A DNA stretch of 64,000 nucleotides from Patescibacteria group bacterium (GTDB lineage Bacteria > Patescibacteriota > Patescibacteriia > XYB2-FULL-38-15): NCBI GenBank assembly GCA_041650995.1, contig JBAZJZ010000001.1:491302-555301 (forward strand). The letters are read 5' to 3'. The position numbers were made by a program, and so were the translations under genes. Under the pieces are notes generated by a model, which saw nothing but the letters and a program-made list of their open reading frames with translations, was not told the origin of the DNA and ran no database searches. Within the stretch, counting starts at the first letter, position 1, and each line of letters opens with the position of its first letter. Of this stretch, positions 1-7,622 are shown one piece after another.

Positions 1-530
1 CCGGCTGACCGTAAAATTGAACCGAAAGAGAAAGCAAGCTCATCTCGCCGGGCGCGGCGCAAATCCGCTCGGCCACTTCCTTTTGCACCATCACCGTAAT
101 TTCCTCCGGCCGCGGCTCTTCGCTTAAAAATTTTCTAAATACTGCTGACGTAATTTGATATGGGAGGTTGGCGACAATTTTATATTCATAATTTTTAACT
201 CCCAATTCGTCATTGGCAATTTTTAAAATATCCTTTTCCACAACTTCTAAATTTTTTGGGATGTCTAAAATTTCTCCCAATATTTTCGCCATTTTTCTGT
301 CTGTCTCTACGGCCACAACTCTTTTCGCTCGCCCGATCAACTCTGCGGTCAACACGCCAAACCCGGGACCGATTTCCAAAACAGTATCATTATTTTTTAA
401 ATCGGCCGCCTGAACTATACTTTCCAAAACTTCGCGATCTATTAAAAAATTTTGCCCGTATTCCCGTGACGGACGGACGCCGTATTTTTTACAAAGCGAT
501 TTTATTACGGTAAGTGAATATAATTCCATA
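1..530 (-). CDS. rsmA: 16S rRNA (adenine1518/1519-N6)-dimethyltransferase KsgA/RsmA; the C-terminus runs off the window start
   Basis: Minus-strand translation from ATG at 530..528 reads MELYSLTVIKSLCKKYGVRPSREYGQNFLID... The GQNFL motif and the SAM-binding GPG motif are both present. The gene is absent from the ORF track because it is cut by the window edge. Confidence 0.85.
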
Positions 531-542
531 AAAACACATTAT

Positions 543-690
543 CGATGCGGTAGCCGCGGGCTTTAGCCCGCGCTCTATTTGACGACGCAGCCTAAAGGCT
601 GCGACTACCAAAATAAATAATCAATTATCACGGCTGGGGCTACCAAAATTAAATCATTCGCGCCGGTAGCCGCGGGCTTTAGCCCGCGAA
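543..690. repeat. Cluster of REP-like palindromic units. Each is a short GC hairpin (cgcgggc-ttta-gcccgcg or gcagcc-taaa-ggctgc) joined to a G(A/G)CTACC tail, in alternating orientations.
   Basis: There are perfect hairpins at 555-572, 587-602 and 671-688. The GGTAGCC/G(A/G)CTACC tail recurs at 549-555, 603-609, 637-644 and 665-671. The units lie immediately 3' of the transposase gene. Confidence 0.7.
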
Positions 691-1164
691 AATCCAATCA
701 TCAAAATTATACAGTGTAGAGCCCCTAAAAGGATACCCAAGCCAGTCACGCGCCAAACCTTTTCTTTGGACATTTTCCAGAATATATTTAACTTGTTTAA
801 TGATGTCTTCATCTCTTCTTAAAATATGATCGTAAAAATCTTTTTGCCACTTAACGCCAAATTTTGAACACGAAAACCAATAGCCTGATCTTTGCTTAAA
901 TTCCACAATACACTTATACAGATTGGAGGACTCTTGTTTCCCTTCTATCACGAAGTGACAGTGATCGGGCATGAAATAATAAATATGGGCCTCACAACAA
1001 ATTTTTTTTAGTGTGCTTAATAAAATATTCTCTAATTGATTAAAAACATCCGGAGAAACAAAAAACGGTTGTCTATCCTCCAAACAAATTGTGAAAGCGC
1101 AGATTATTTGGCCGATGTAAAGATCCCTTGGTAGCCGATGCTTTCGTTCGTTAATTTTAAACAT
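679..1164 (-). CDS. REP-associated tyrosine transposase (RAYT) / IS200-IS605 family TnpA-like HUH transposase
   Basis: The 161-aa product carries an HUH motif (PDHCHFVIEG) and a downstream Tyr in ...KYILENVQRKGL..., matching the Y1 transposase / Transposase_17 fold. It is flanked on both sides by REP-type hairpins. Confidence 0.7.
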   Translation of the reverse strand: MFKINERKHRLPRDLYIGQIICAFTICLEDRQPFFVSPDVFNQLENILLSTLKKICCEAHIYYFMPDHCHFVIEGKQESSNLYKCIVEFKQRSGYWFSCSKFGVKWQKDFYDHILRRDEDIIKQVKYILENVQRKGLARDWLGYPFRGSTLYNFDDWIFAG

Positions 1165-1183
1165 TGATTGCTCTTTTAACTCA

Positions 1184-1207
1184 GGCTATAAAGCCTGCGG
1201 CTACCTA
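1184..1207. repeat. REP-like hairpin unit (caggct-ataa-agcctg + cGGCTACC) on the 5' side of the RAYT gene
   Basis: It has the same hairpin-plus-GGCTACC architecture as the units at 543-690, so REP units bracket the transposase gene. Confidence 0.65.
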
Positions 1208-1215
1208 TATCAAAC

Positions 1216-2397
1216 CTACATCAACGCGTACAACGCTGTCATCGCCGCGCCCAAAATAAAAAGCGCGACCCAACTATCCGGAAAAAAGAAAAGAACAACA
1301 AGGGCAAGAACACTTACAATAAGTTTTCCTAAAACTAAAGCCATCTGAAGAAAAACAACTGAGTTCATCACACTGGTTTTTTTCGCTTCATCATAGATAA
1401 TCGCCGCGAGCGGAACGCCGACTGTTCGTCTTGAAACCCGATACAGCGAATCAGACATAAAAACGCCGACACCGGAAACCACCAAAACCCTCATAAGCCA
1501 AGTAAAAGCGGTAAAAATAACCCCTATTTTCAAAACCTCGTGCCTTGATTCTTCGTCAGTAATCCTTCCGATGTATAAAGTTAAAATTGTCGCCACAAAA
1601 ACTGAGGCGGAAACTAAAAATCCGATGGAGGCGTAAGCCGGAATCATTAAAAAAATAAAAATTGGCCAAAGGTAGCCAGCCAGATGTTCTTCGCCAAAAC
1701 CAAAATAAGAAAAAAGTCTCCGGCGATTTTCCGGCGCGACGAGCCGCTTCATGGAATCCTTATAAGAAAAAGGCACGGGCACAAATTTTTCCGGAGTGGT
1801 AAGAAGCGGAATGTTTGAAACTAAAATTAAAAAAGCGACGATAATAAATAAAACTTTAAATCCCATGGTCGCGATAACAACGCCGCCAAACGCCGGACCC
1901 AAAATCATAACTATGGAATCGAGCACCACTAAATTGGAAATTTCCCTGCCGCGCGATCCGTCTTTTCCGAAACGGGCAAAATCGGCGTGATAACCAGGCC
2001 AATAAAGAGTTTTTTGGATTGCCAGAGAAATAATCGCGCTTACAATAAAAAACGGGTGATAGGGAATGGCAAATAAAGACAAATAAAAAAGAATTAAAAA
2101 GGGCGTGGAAAAAAGAATCGCGTGTTCGTAGCCGCGGGCCCGGGCAAATTTTCCACCAAGCGGCACTAATAAAAAATACAACGCGTAAACGGCGATGTAA
2201 AAAACTAATATTTTAGATAAAGAAAATCCCAATGTGTAAAGATAAATGGGTTCAAAAACACCAACAGCAGAAATGGCAAAATCCAAAATTGCTGTTGACC
2301 AAAAAAGTTCTTTCAACTCCCGCGCCATGCCGTCGGCGAAATAACGATGAAAAATTTTTTGTAAAAACATCTGATTACGGCTCAATTTACGGCTCAA
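1216..2397 (-). CDS. MFS-type transporter (about 12 predicted transmembrane segments)
   Basis: The 393-aa product is strongly hydrophobic with a periodic TM pattern. A G-x-x-x-A-R-G loop follows TM2, as is typical of MFS transporters. Confidence 0.55.
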   Translation of the reverse strand: MSRKLSRNQMFLQKIFHRYFADGMARELKELFWSTAILDFAISAVGVFEPIYLYTLGFSLSKILVFYIAVYALYFLLVPLGGKFARARGYEHAILFSTPFLILFYLSLFAIPYHPFFIVSAIISLAIQKTLYWPGYHADFARFGKDGSRGREISNLVVLDSIVMILGPAFGGVVIATMGFKVLFIIVAFLILVSNIPLLTTPEKFVPVPFSYKDSMKRLVAPENRRRLFSYFGFGEEHLAGYLWPIFIFLMIPAYASIGFLVSASVFVATILTLYIGRITDEESRHEVLKIGVIFTAFTWLMRVLVVSGVGVFMSDSLYRVSRRTVGVPLAAIIYDEAKKTSVMNSVVFLQMALVLGKLIVSVLALVVLFFFPDSWVALFILGAAMTALYALM

Positions 2398-2417
2398 TTA
2401 TCAAATCCGATCTATTT

Positions 2418-3380
2418 TCAGCAACTTGCTTTTTTGTTTCCCTGAAACCACCTTACCGTCATCTCTAATCCTTCATCTAAATTTACGTTTGGCTTCCAGC
2501 CAAGTTCGCGACGAATTTTTGAAGAATCTAAAACGCTACGCATTTGTTCTCCGGCAACTTTGCCGGCGGCCTTGCCCTGCCCGACCGGCGCGCCAAAAAT
2601 TTCGGAAGCGCGGGAACCGGTTAATTTCTTTAAAGTTTTAAAAAGCTTTAGAACGCTTGTTTCGCGAGCCGTTCCAACATTAAAAGGTCCTACCTTTTTT
2701 GATCTCAACGCCAAAAGATTTGCCCGAACAACGTCACCGACGTAAATGTAATCTCTGGTTTGTTTGCCATTGCCAAAAATAACCGGCTGCTTTCCTTGGA
2801 GCATTTTATTGGTAAAAATGGCAACTACTCCGGCTTCGCCATGCGGCGATTGGCGCGGTCCATAAACATTGGCTAAACGCAGAGCAATATATTTCATGCC
2901 ATAAGTCTTCCAAAAATAATGCAAATACATTTCCGTGGAAAATTTTGCCGCGCCGTAAGGAGAGGCGGGCAAAGAAATTTTATCTTCCGGAGTCGGCAAA
3001 ACTGTCTCCTCGGAAGAAAGATTACCGCCGCTTGAAGCAAAAATTATTTTCTTCACGCCCGCATTAGCGGCATTCTGTAAAATATTTATTGACCCAAGCA
3101 CGTTTACTTCCGCGTCAAACATTGGATCGCGCGCCGAAGCCCGCGCATCTATTTGAGCGGCATAATGAAATACCGCCTGGGGCTTTTCCTTTTTAAAAAT
3201 GCTGCCAATTTTTTTATCACGAATATCAACTTTATAAAACTTTGCTTTTGGATTAAGATTTTCCTTTCTGCCTGTAGACAAATTATCAAGCACAACGACC
3301 TGGTGACCGCGTCCGACAAGCGCATCCACAATGTGAGAGCCGATGAATCCTGCGCCGCCAGTGACAATAATCTTTGCCAT
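2418..3380 (-). CDS. NAD-dependent sugar-nucleotide epimerase/dehydratase (extended SDR; GalE / UDP-glucuronate decarboxylase-like)
   Basis: The N-terminus carries the TGGAGFIGSH Rossmann motif. The YxxxK catalytic signature (YGAAK) is present. Length is 320 aa. Confidence 0.8.
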   Translation of the reverse strand: MAKIIVTGGAGFIGSHIVDALVGRGHQVVVLDNLSTGRKENLNPKAKFYKVDIRDKKIGSIFKKEKPQAVFHYAAQIDARASARDPMFDAEVNVLGSINILQNAANAGVKKIIFASSGGNLSSEETVLPTPEDKISLPASPYGAAKFSTEMYLHYFWKTYGMKYIALRLANVYGPRQSPHGEAGVVAIFTNKMLQGKQPVIFGNGKQTRDYIYVGDVVRANLLALRSKKVGPFNVGTARETSVLKLFKTLKKLTGSRASEIFGAPVGQGKAAGKVAGEQMRSVLDSSKIRRELGWKPNVNLDEGLEMTVRWFQGNKKASC

Positions 3381-3416
3381 AAATATAAATTTTCAATTTT
3401 TAAACTATATATAATT

Positions 3417-4526
3417 TTATTTATTATTCTGTTCCTTTTTCCATTTTAAATATGCCTCCATAAACTGTTCCAAATCTCCATTAAGCACCGCGTCTGTATC
3501 CGCTGTTTCAAGTTTTGTTCTGTGATCTTTAACCATTCGGTACGGCTGCAAAACATATGACCGAATTTGATTTCCCCACGCCGCCAAAACTCCGGCTCGT
3601 AATTTATCAATTTCCTTTGTTCGGGTCTCCTCCTGCAGATGTAAAATTTTTGCTTTCAAAATTTTTAGGGCGGTTTCTTTATTTTGAGCCTGTGAACGTT
3701 CGCGCTGGCAGCTTACGGTGAGACCCGTGGGAAGATGAACAACTCTAACGGCCGAATAAGTTGTCTGCACGCTTTGTCCGCCGTGTCCGCTTGATAGATA
3801 TGTGTCGATCCGCAAATCTTTCGAATCCAATTTTATTTCTGAGACATCGTCAATTTCCGGCAAAACTTCAACTAAAGCAAACGAAGTATGCCGCATTTTT
3901 TCCGCATCAAAGGGAGAAATACGGACTAAGCGATGAACACCGGATTCACTCCGAAGCCATCCATAAGCCATCCGACCGGTGACTCTTACTGTTATGCTCT
4001 TAATGCCCGCTTCAGAACCACGCGTTTCATCAATAATTTCTGTTTTCCATCCCTTCTTCTCGCAAAACCTAAAATACATTCTGAGAAGCATCTCTGCCCA
4101 ATCCTGGGCTTCAGTGCCGCCCGTTCCGGCATGAATACTCAAAATGGCGTTCGCTCGATCGTGCGGGCCGGAAAATAAAACAAAAAATTCCAACTTCCTA
4201 AATTGAACGAGAAGCTCATTATATTTTTTTTCAATCTCTTCGCGCAAAGAAACTTCTTTGTCCTTTTGATCGAGCTTGGCCAAATCCAAAATATCCCCCA
4301 CTTCTTTTTTTAATTTTTCCCAAACTTCAACCTCTTCTTTCAAATCATTCAATCTCTGGTTCGTTTCCTTCGCCGCTTCCTGATCTTTCCAAAACTCCGG
4401 CGCCAAAGTTAATTTTTCCAATTTGACGATTTCTTTTTTACTATTTCCTAACTTTAAAAGTTCAAAGGCCTTTTCTATCCTCTGCTCCAACTCTTCTATG
4501 CTTTTAACTAATTCGTCCATTTTCAT
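3417..4526 (-). CDS. prfB: Peptide chain release factor 2
   Basis: The SPF tripeptide and the GGQ motif (SGHGGQSVQTT) are both present. The gene is encoded as a single uninterrupted ORF with no programmed +1 frameshift site. Confidence 0.9.
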   Translation of the reverse strand: MKMDELVKSIEELEQRIEKAFELLKLGNSKKEIVKLEKLTLAPEFWKDQEAAKETNQRLNDLKEEVEVWEKLKKEVGDILDLAKLDQKDKEVSLREEIEKKYNELLVQFRKLEFFVLFSGPHDRANAILSIHAGTGGTEAQDWAEMLLRMYFRFCEKKGWKTEIIDETRGSEAGIKSITVRVTGRMAYGWLRSESGVHRLVRISPFDAEKMRHTSFALVEVLPEIDDVSEIKLDSKDLRIDTYLSSGHGGQSVQTTYSAVRVVHLPTGLTVSCQRERSQAQNKETALKILKAKILHLQEETRTKEIDKLRAGVLAAWGNQIRSYVLQPYRMVKDHRTKLETADTDAVLNGDLEQFMEAYLKWKKEQNNK

Positions 4527-4553
4527 AATTTACAACTAACCTCCCGATTAAAG

Positions 4554-5801
4554 TTATTCTTTATACTCGGCAAGTGTTACTCTCACATCTTTTTCTTCGC
4601 CTTTGTGCAAAACTTTCAAAGTTATTTCATCGCCCGGCTTAGATTTAGCAATTTCCTTGGCTAAAGGATGATCTTCGTCTATTTTTTGACCATTCATTTC
4701 CAAAATTATATCATTCTCAACCAAACCCGCTTTGTCGGCCGGTGAGCCGGGCACTATGGCTAAATCCGTCTGCTTTTGGCCGCGGACAATTAATGCCCCA
4801 TAATCTTTTTCCAATTGATTTTCCTTGGCTATTTCTTGATTAATCAAAACATAACGAACGCCGAGCCATGGCCGAATAATTTTTCCATTCATTTTTACGC
4901 TCTCTATATCCTGCTTGGCCGCATTAATCGGAATAGCAAAACCGATCAACTGTCCTTCCTGGTTCATCGCTGTGTTAATGCCAATAACCTGCCCAGCGAG
5001 ATTCACGAGCGGTCCGCCGGAATTTCCCGGATTTATAGCCGCGTCAGTTTGAAGCGCTTCTTCAATAACCTCTGAACCACCAAGTCGATCACTCGCCACG
5101 ATCCGTCGCCCTATGCCAGAAATTATGCCTTTAGTCACGGCATTTTTATATTCCCCGAGAGAATTACCGATGGCAATAACCGTCTGACCAATTTCAATTT
5201 TATCGGAATCTCCCAATTCCACGGTTGGCAAATCTTTGGCGTCAATTTTTAAGACGGCAATATCCAAAACCGGATCAGTGGCTAAAATTTTCGCGTCATA
5301 TCTTTGATCGTCATTTGTAATAACCGTATATTCCGCCGCTGTGTCTGAGACCACATGTTTATTAGTTAAAATCAACCCATCCGAAGAAATTATAAAGCCC
5401 GTTCCCCCGCCAATTTCCGTTTTGCCCGTGCCGCCACTATTACCGCCCGTGTTTGGCTGCTCAAAACCAAAAGGAAAATTAAAACCAAACAAATCGTAAG
5501 GAAAAGTATTTGAATTATTAATTTTACTTAAATCTTTAGAAATAATTATTGAAACAACGGCCGGAGCAACTTTTTTTACGGCGCTAATTGTTGCCGACTC
5601 CTCAATAACCGCCTGAGTAAACACTCTCTCACTTTCATCGTTTCCGATTACAACGTCTTCACCTAAAAAATTCTTTTGAAACCATGGAACAATATGGCTC
5701 TTACCATAAAGCCCGCCGAGCACACCACCCACTCCGCCAAAAATTAAGCCAACGAGCGCCGCAACAGCAATAATTTTTTGAAAAGATTTATCTTGAAACA
5801 T
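4554..5801 (-). CDS. htrA: HtrA/DegP-family periplasmic serine protease with a C-terminal PDZ domain
   Basis: There is an N-terminal TM anchor, a trypsin-like catalytic core with GNSGGPL around the active Ser, and a C-terminal PDZ-like region. Confidence 0.85.
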   Translation of the reverse strand: MFQDKSFQKIIAVAALVGLIFGGVGGVLGGLYGKSHIVPWFQKNFLGEDVVIGNDESERVFTQAVIEESATISAVKKVAPAVVSIIISKDLSKINNSNTFPYDLFGFNFPFGFEQPNTGGNSGGTGKTEIGGGTGFIISSDGLILTNKHVVSDTAAEYTVITNDDQRYDAKILATDPVLDIAVLKIDAKDLPTVELGDSDKIEIGQTVIAIGNSLGEYKNAVTKGIISGIGRRIVASDRLGGSEVIEEALQTDAAINPGNSGGPLVNLAGQVIGINTAMNQEGQLIGFAIPINAAKQDIESVKMNGKIIRPWLGVRYVLINQEIAKENQLEKDYGALIVRGQKQTDLAIVPGSPADKAGLVENDIILEMNGQKIDEDHPLAKEIAKSKPGDEITLKVLHKGEEKDVRVTLAEYKE

Positions 5802-5871
5802 AGGTTTGAAAATTCCTAATTGACCTAATTAACCTAACGTCTAAATAAATCACAGTATCCAATAACCAAAA

Positions 5872-5891
5872 CTTTAGACATTAGACATTTT
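5872..5891 (-). promoter_or_regulatory. Conserved 20-mer (rc AAAATGTCTAATGTCTAAAG; tandem TGTCTAA heptads) about 70-90 nt upstream of htrA
   Basis: The same motif in the same gene-relative orientation and at similar distance lies upstream of topA at 36440-36459. Neighbouring short motifs (TTTGGTCATTT, AGAAATT) are also shared. Confidence 0.4.
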
Positions 5892-5930
5892 AGCATTTGG
5901 TCATTTATTAAAAATTAGAAATTGGGTTAA

Positions 5931-6245
5931 TTATTTATTCATCCTTTTATTAAATCTATAAATTACTTGCGCAAAATTATTTATTTTATTTTTTCTGACC
6001 TCTATCCCCTCTTCTCCAAGCAGTTCTGCCTTTTTTCTGATTCCACCGGCATATCCACCCAAACTTCCATCTGCTTTTACCACCCGATGACAAGGAATTT
6101 TTATGGGATGAGGATTTTTATGAAGAGCATTTCCAACCGCCCGGGGGCTGGTCTTTAAAATTCGCGCGATTTCTCCATATGTCGAAACTTTTCCCTTCGG
6201 AATTTTTTTCACCAACAATAAAACTTTTTCCTGAAACGGAGTCAT
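5931..6245 (-). CDS. ogt: Methylated-DNA--protein-cysteine methyltransferase (Ogt/MGMT DNA-binding domain type)
   Basis: The PCHRVV active-site motif is present. The likely true start is the internal Met (MTPFQEKV...) at 6245; the longer track ORF to 6293 would read through the upstream terminator hairpin. Confidence 0.8.
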   Translation of the reverse strand: MTPFQEKVLLLVKKIPKGKVSTYGEIARILKTSPRAVGNALHKNPHPIKIPCHRVVKADGSLGGYAGGIRKKAELLGEEGIEVRKNKINNFAQVIYRFNKRMNK

Positions 6246-6282
6246 ATTAATTATAGCAAAAAAATGGGTAAAAGTTAATAAA

Positions 6283-6310
6283 AGAGAGAGCACCCTTTAC
6301 TGCTCTCTCT
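6283..6310 (-). terminator. Rho-independent terminator hairpin (AGAGAGAGCA / TGCTCTCTCT stem) followed by a T-run on the minus strand
   Basis: A perfect 10-bp inverted repeat with an 8-nt loop sits immediately downstream of the Cys-rich peptide ORF on the minus strand. The minus strand then reads TTTTATTAACTTTT. Confidence 0.6.
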
Positions 6311-6334
6311 CAAGGCTGACCTACCCCACACCGA

Positions 6335-6502
6335 CTAGCACTTGCAGTCGCAACTGCAATCGGCGCAATCGCAACAGTCGCAATTGCTGCGGTCGCCGGA
6401 GGTCTGTGGGCCTCTCGAAGTCCGCCGCAGGTCCTTCTTCGACAACGGCTTGGCAGCCGCCCTCTTGCCCTTGAGGGCACGGACCATTTGCACAGCGCTC
6501 AT
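6335..6502 (-). CDS. 55-aa Cys/Asp-rich candidate RiPP precursor peptide (MSAVQMVRALKGKRAAAKPLSKKDLRRTSRGPQTSGDRSNCDCCDCADCSCDCKC)
   Basis: Hand translation of the minus strand gives this peptide. Its ATG overlaps the TGA stop of the upstream radical SAM gene (ATGA), and an AAGGAGGT Shine-Dalgarno sits 6 nt upstream. It has a basic leader and a C-terminal core with 8 Cys and 6 Asp in 16 residues. It falls below the 60-aa cutoff of the ORF track. Confidence 0.7.
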   Translation of the reverse strand: MSAVQMVRALKGKRAAAKPLSKKDLRRTSRGPQTSGDRSNCDCCDCADCSCDCKC

Positions 6503-7602
6503 TCCTTTACCTCCTTTCTACTGATAATTTCCTCTGGGTCGAAATGAGTCCAGAGGAAAGGACAGCCTCCTACACACTTCCCCCAGTGACGACAGCCCTT
6601 ACACTTCTCGTGAGGATATCGCCATATCTCACGCCGGAAGACTCCGTGGATGCCCTTCCTGCCGTACCAGACCTTGGCAAAGTCTGTCGCGGTTTTTACG
6701 GATTGCTCGCTCAGGTTGAAGAGCGGCCGCCCGACGAAGTGAGTGCACGGCAGAACATTGCCGTTAGGTTCGAACACCGCACCCGAGCCATAGAAGATGT
6801 GACAGTGGACACCATCGGAGATGCAGCCGATGGTCATCATCTCGTCCAGCAACGATTGATCAAACAAGCACAACGGAATCGTCGCGAAGAACTTCACCTT
6901 GATTCCTTTCGCCTTTAACGCCAAATAGGCGTCGGTGACGATTTGAGCCGTATGGGCCGGAGACAAGGCGAAAGACTCAGTTTTCTCTTGGCTACCGCCA
7001 GCCGAAGGCAAACCAACGTTAAAGAGGATGTTAACCACTCCCATTTTGTGCATCAACTCAGCTAGCGGAATCACTTCTCCGAAGTTGTGTCTGCTGACAG
7101 TCAGCAGAGTGTTGAACGACAGACCAAGCCTGAGACAATTCTCCACGCCCGCCATCGTCTCTCGAAAACTCAAGGTTCTGGTCACCGCGTTGTGGACTTT
7201 GGCGCTAGATCCCTCTACAGAGATGCTAGCGTGCTTTAGCCCGACATCGACAAGCGACCGTATGTACAGAGGATTGGCTAGTCTGCGTCCGTTGGTCACC
7301 AACTTGAACTCGATGTCAAACTGACTGCCTGCGCGTATCAGTTCAGCCAATCGGGGGTAGAGTGTTGGCTCACCGCCGATCAACAAACAGTCAGACGCTC
7401 CCATCTCTTTCATCATTCCACAGATTCTGATAGCCTGGTCAAAATCCATTGGCCGATCAACGAACTGACTGTGTTCGGCATAGCAACCGGCGCAATGATT
7501 GTTGCAGCCATAAGTCAACGCCAACCAGAACGTCTTGATCTGCGGTCGTTCTGTCCTTCCCATTTTTCTCTCCTTGCTTCTTCGCCAAGAACTCACGTTC
7601 AT
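6499..7602 (-). CDS. Radical SAM enzyme with a C-terminal SPASM/twitch domain (peptide-modifying maturase type)
   Basis: The CX3CX2C motif is present (GCNNHCAGCYAE). The C-terminal Cys cluster (CISDGVHCH...PCTHF...CKGCRHWGKCVGGCPF) is typical of SPASM domains. GC content and codon usage are markedly higher than in neighbouring genes. Confidence 0.8.
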   Translation of the reverse strand: MNVSSWRRSKERKMGRTERPQIKTFWLALTYGCNNHCAGCYAEHSQFVDRPMDFDQAIRICGMMKEMGASDCLLIGGEPTLYPRLAELIRAGSQFDIEFKLVTNGRRLANPLYIRSLVDVGLKHASISVEGSSAKVHNAVTRTLSFRETMAGVENCLRLGLSFNTLLTVSRHNFGEVIPLAELMHKMGVVNILFNVGLPSAGGSQEKTESFALSPAHTAQIVTDAYLALKAKGIKVKFFATIPLCLFDQSLLDEMMTIGCISDGVHCHIFYGSGAVFEPNGNVLPCTHFVGRPLFNLSEQSVKTATDFAKVWYGRKGIHGVFRREIWRYPHEKCKGCRHWGKCVGGCPFLWTHFDPEEIISRKEVKE

Positions 7603-7622
7603 GTTACATTAGCGTATATTCG

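Noticed and set aside
213-513. Two plus-strand ORFs (66 aa, 85 aa) at the window start
   Set aside because: They are antisense to the clearly recognisable KsgA/RsmA coding sequence on the minus strand.
3417-4526. Programmed +1 frameshift in prfB, or an alternative genetic code with UGA as a sense codon
   Set aside because: RF2 is encoded as one continuous ORF. UGA is clearly used as a stop codon (e.g. the rSAM gene and rplE), so the standard bacterial code applies and there is no frameshift site.
6342-6524. Plus-strand 60-aa ORF MQSQLQSAQSQQSQLL...
   Set aside because: It is antisense to the 3' end of the rSAM gene and to the Cys-rich peptide ORF. Its low-complexity Q/S run is just the reverse-frame reading of the Cys/Asp codon repeat. 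It has no RBS, whereas the minus-strand peptide has a strong SD and ATGA coupling.
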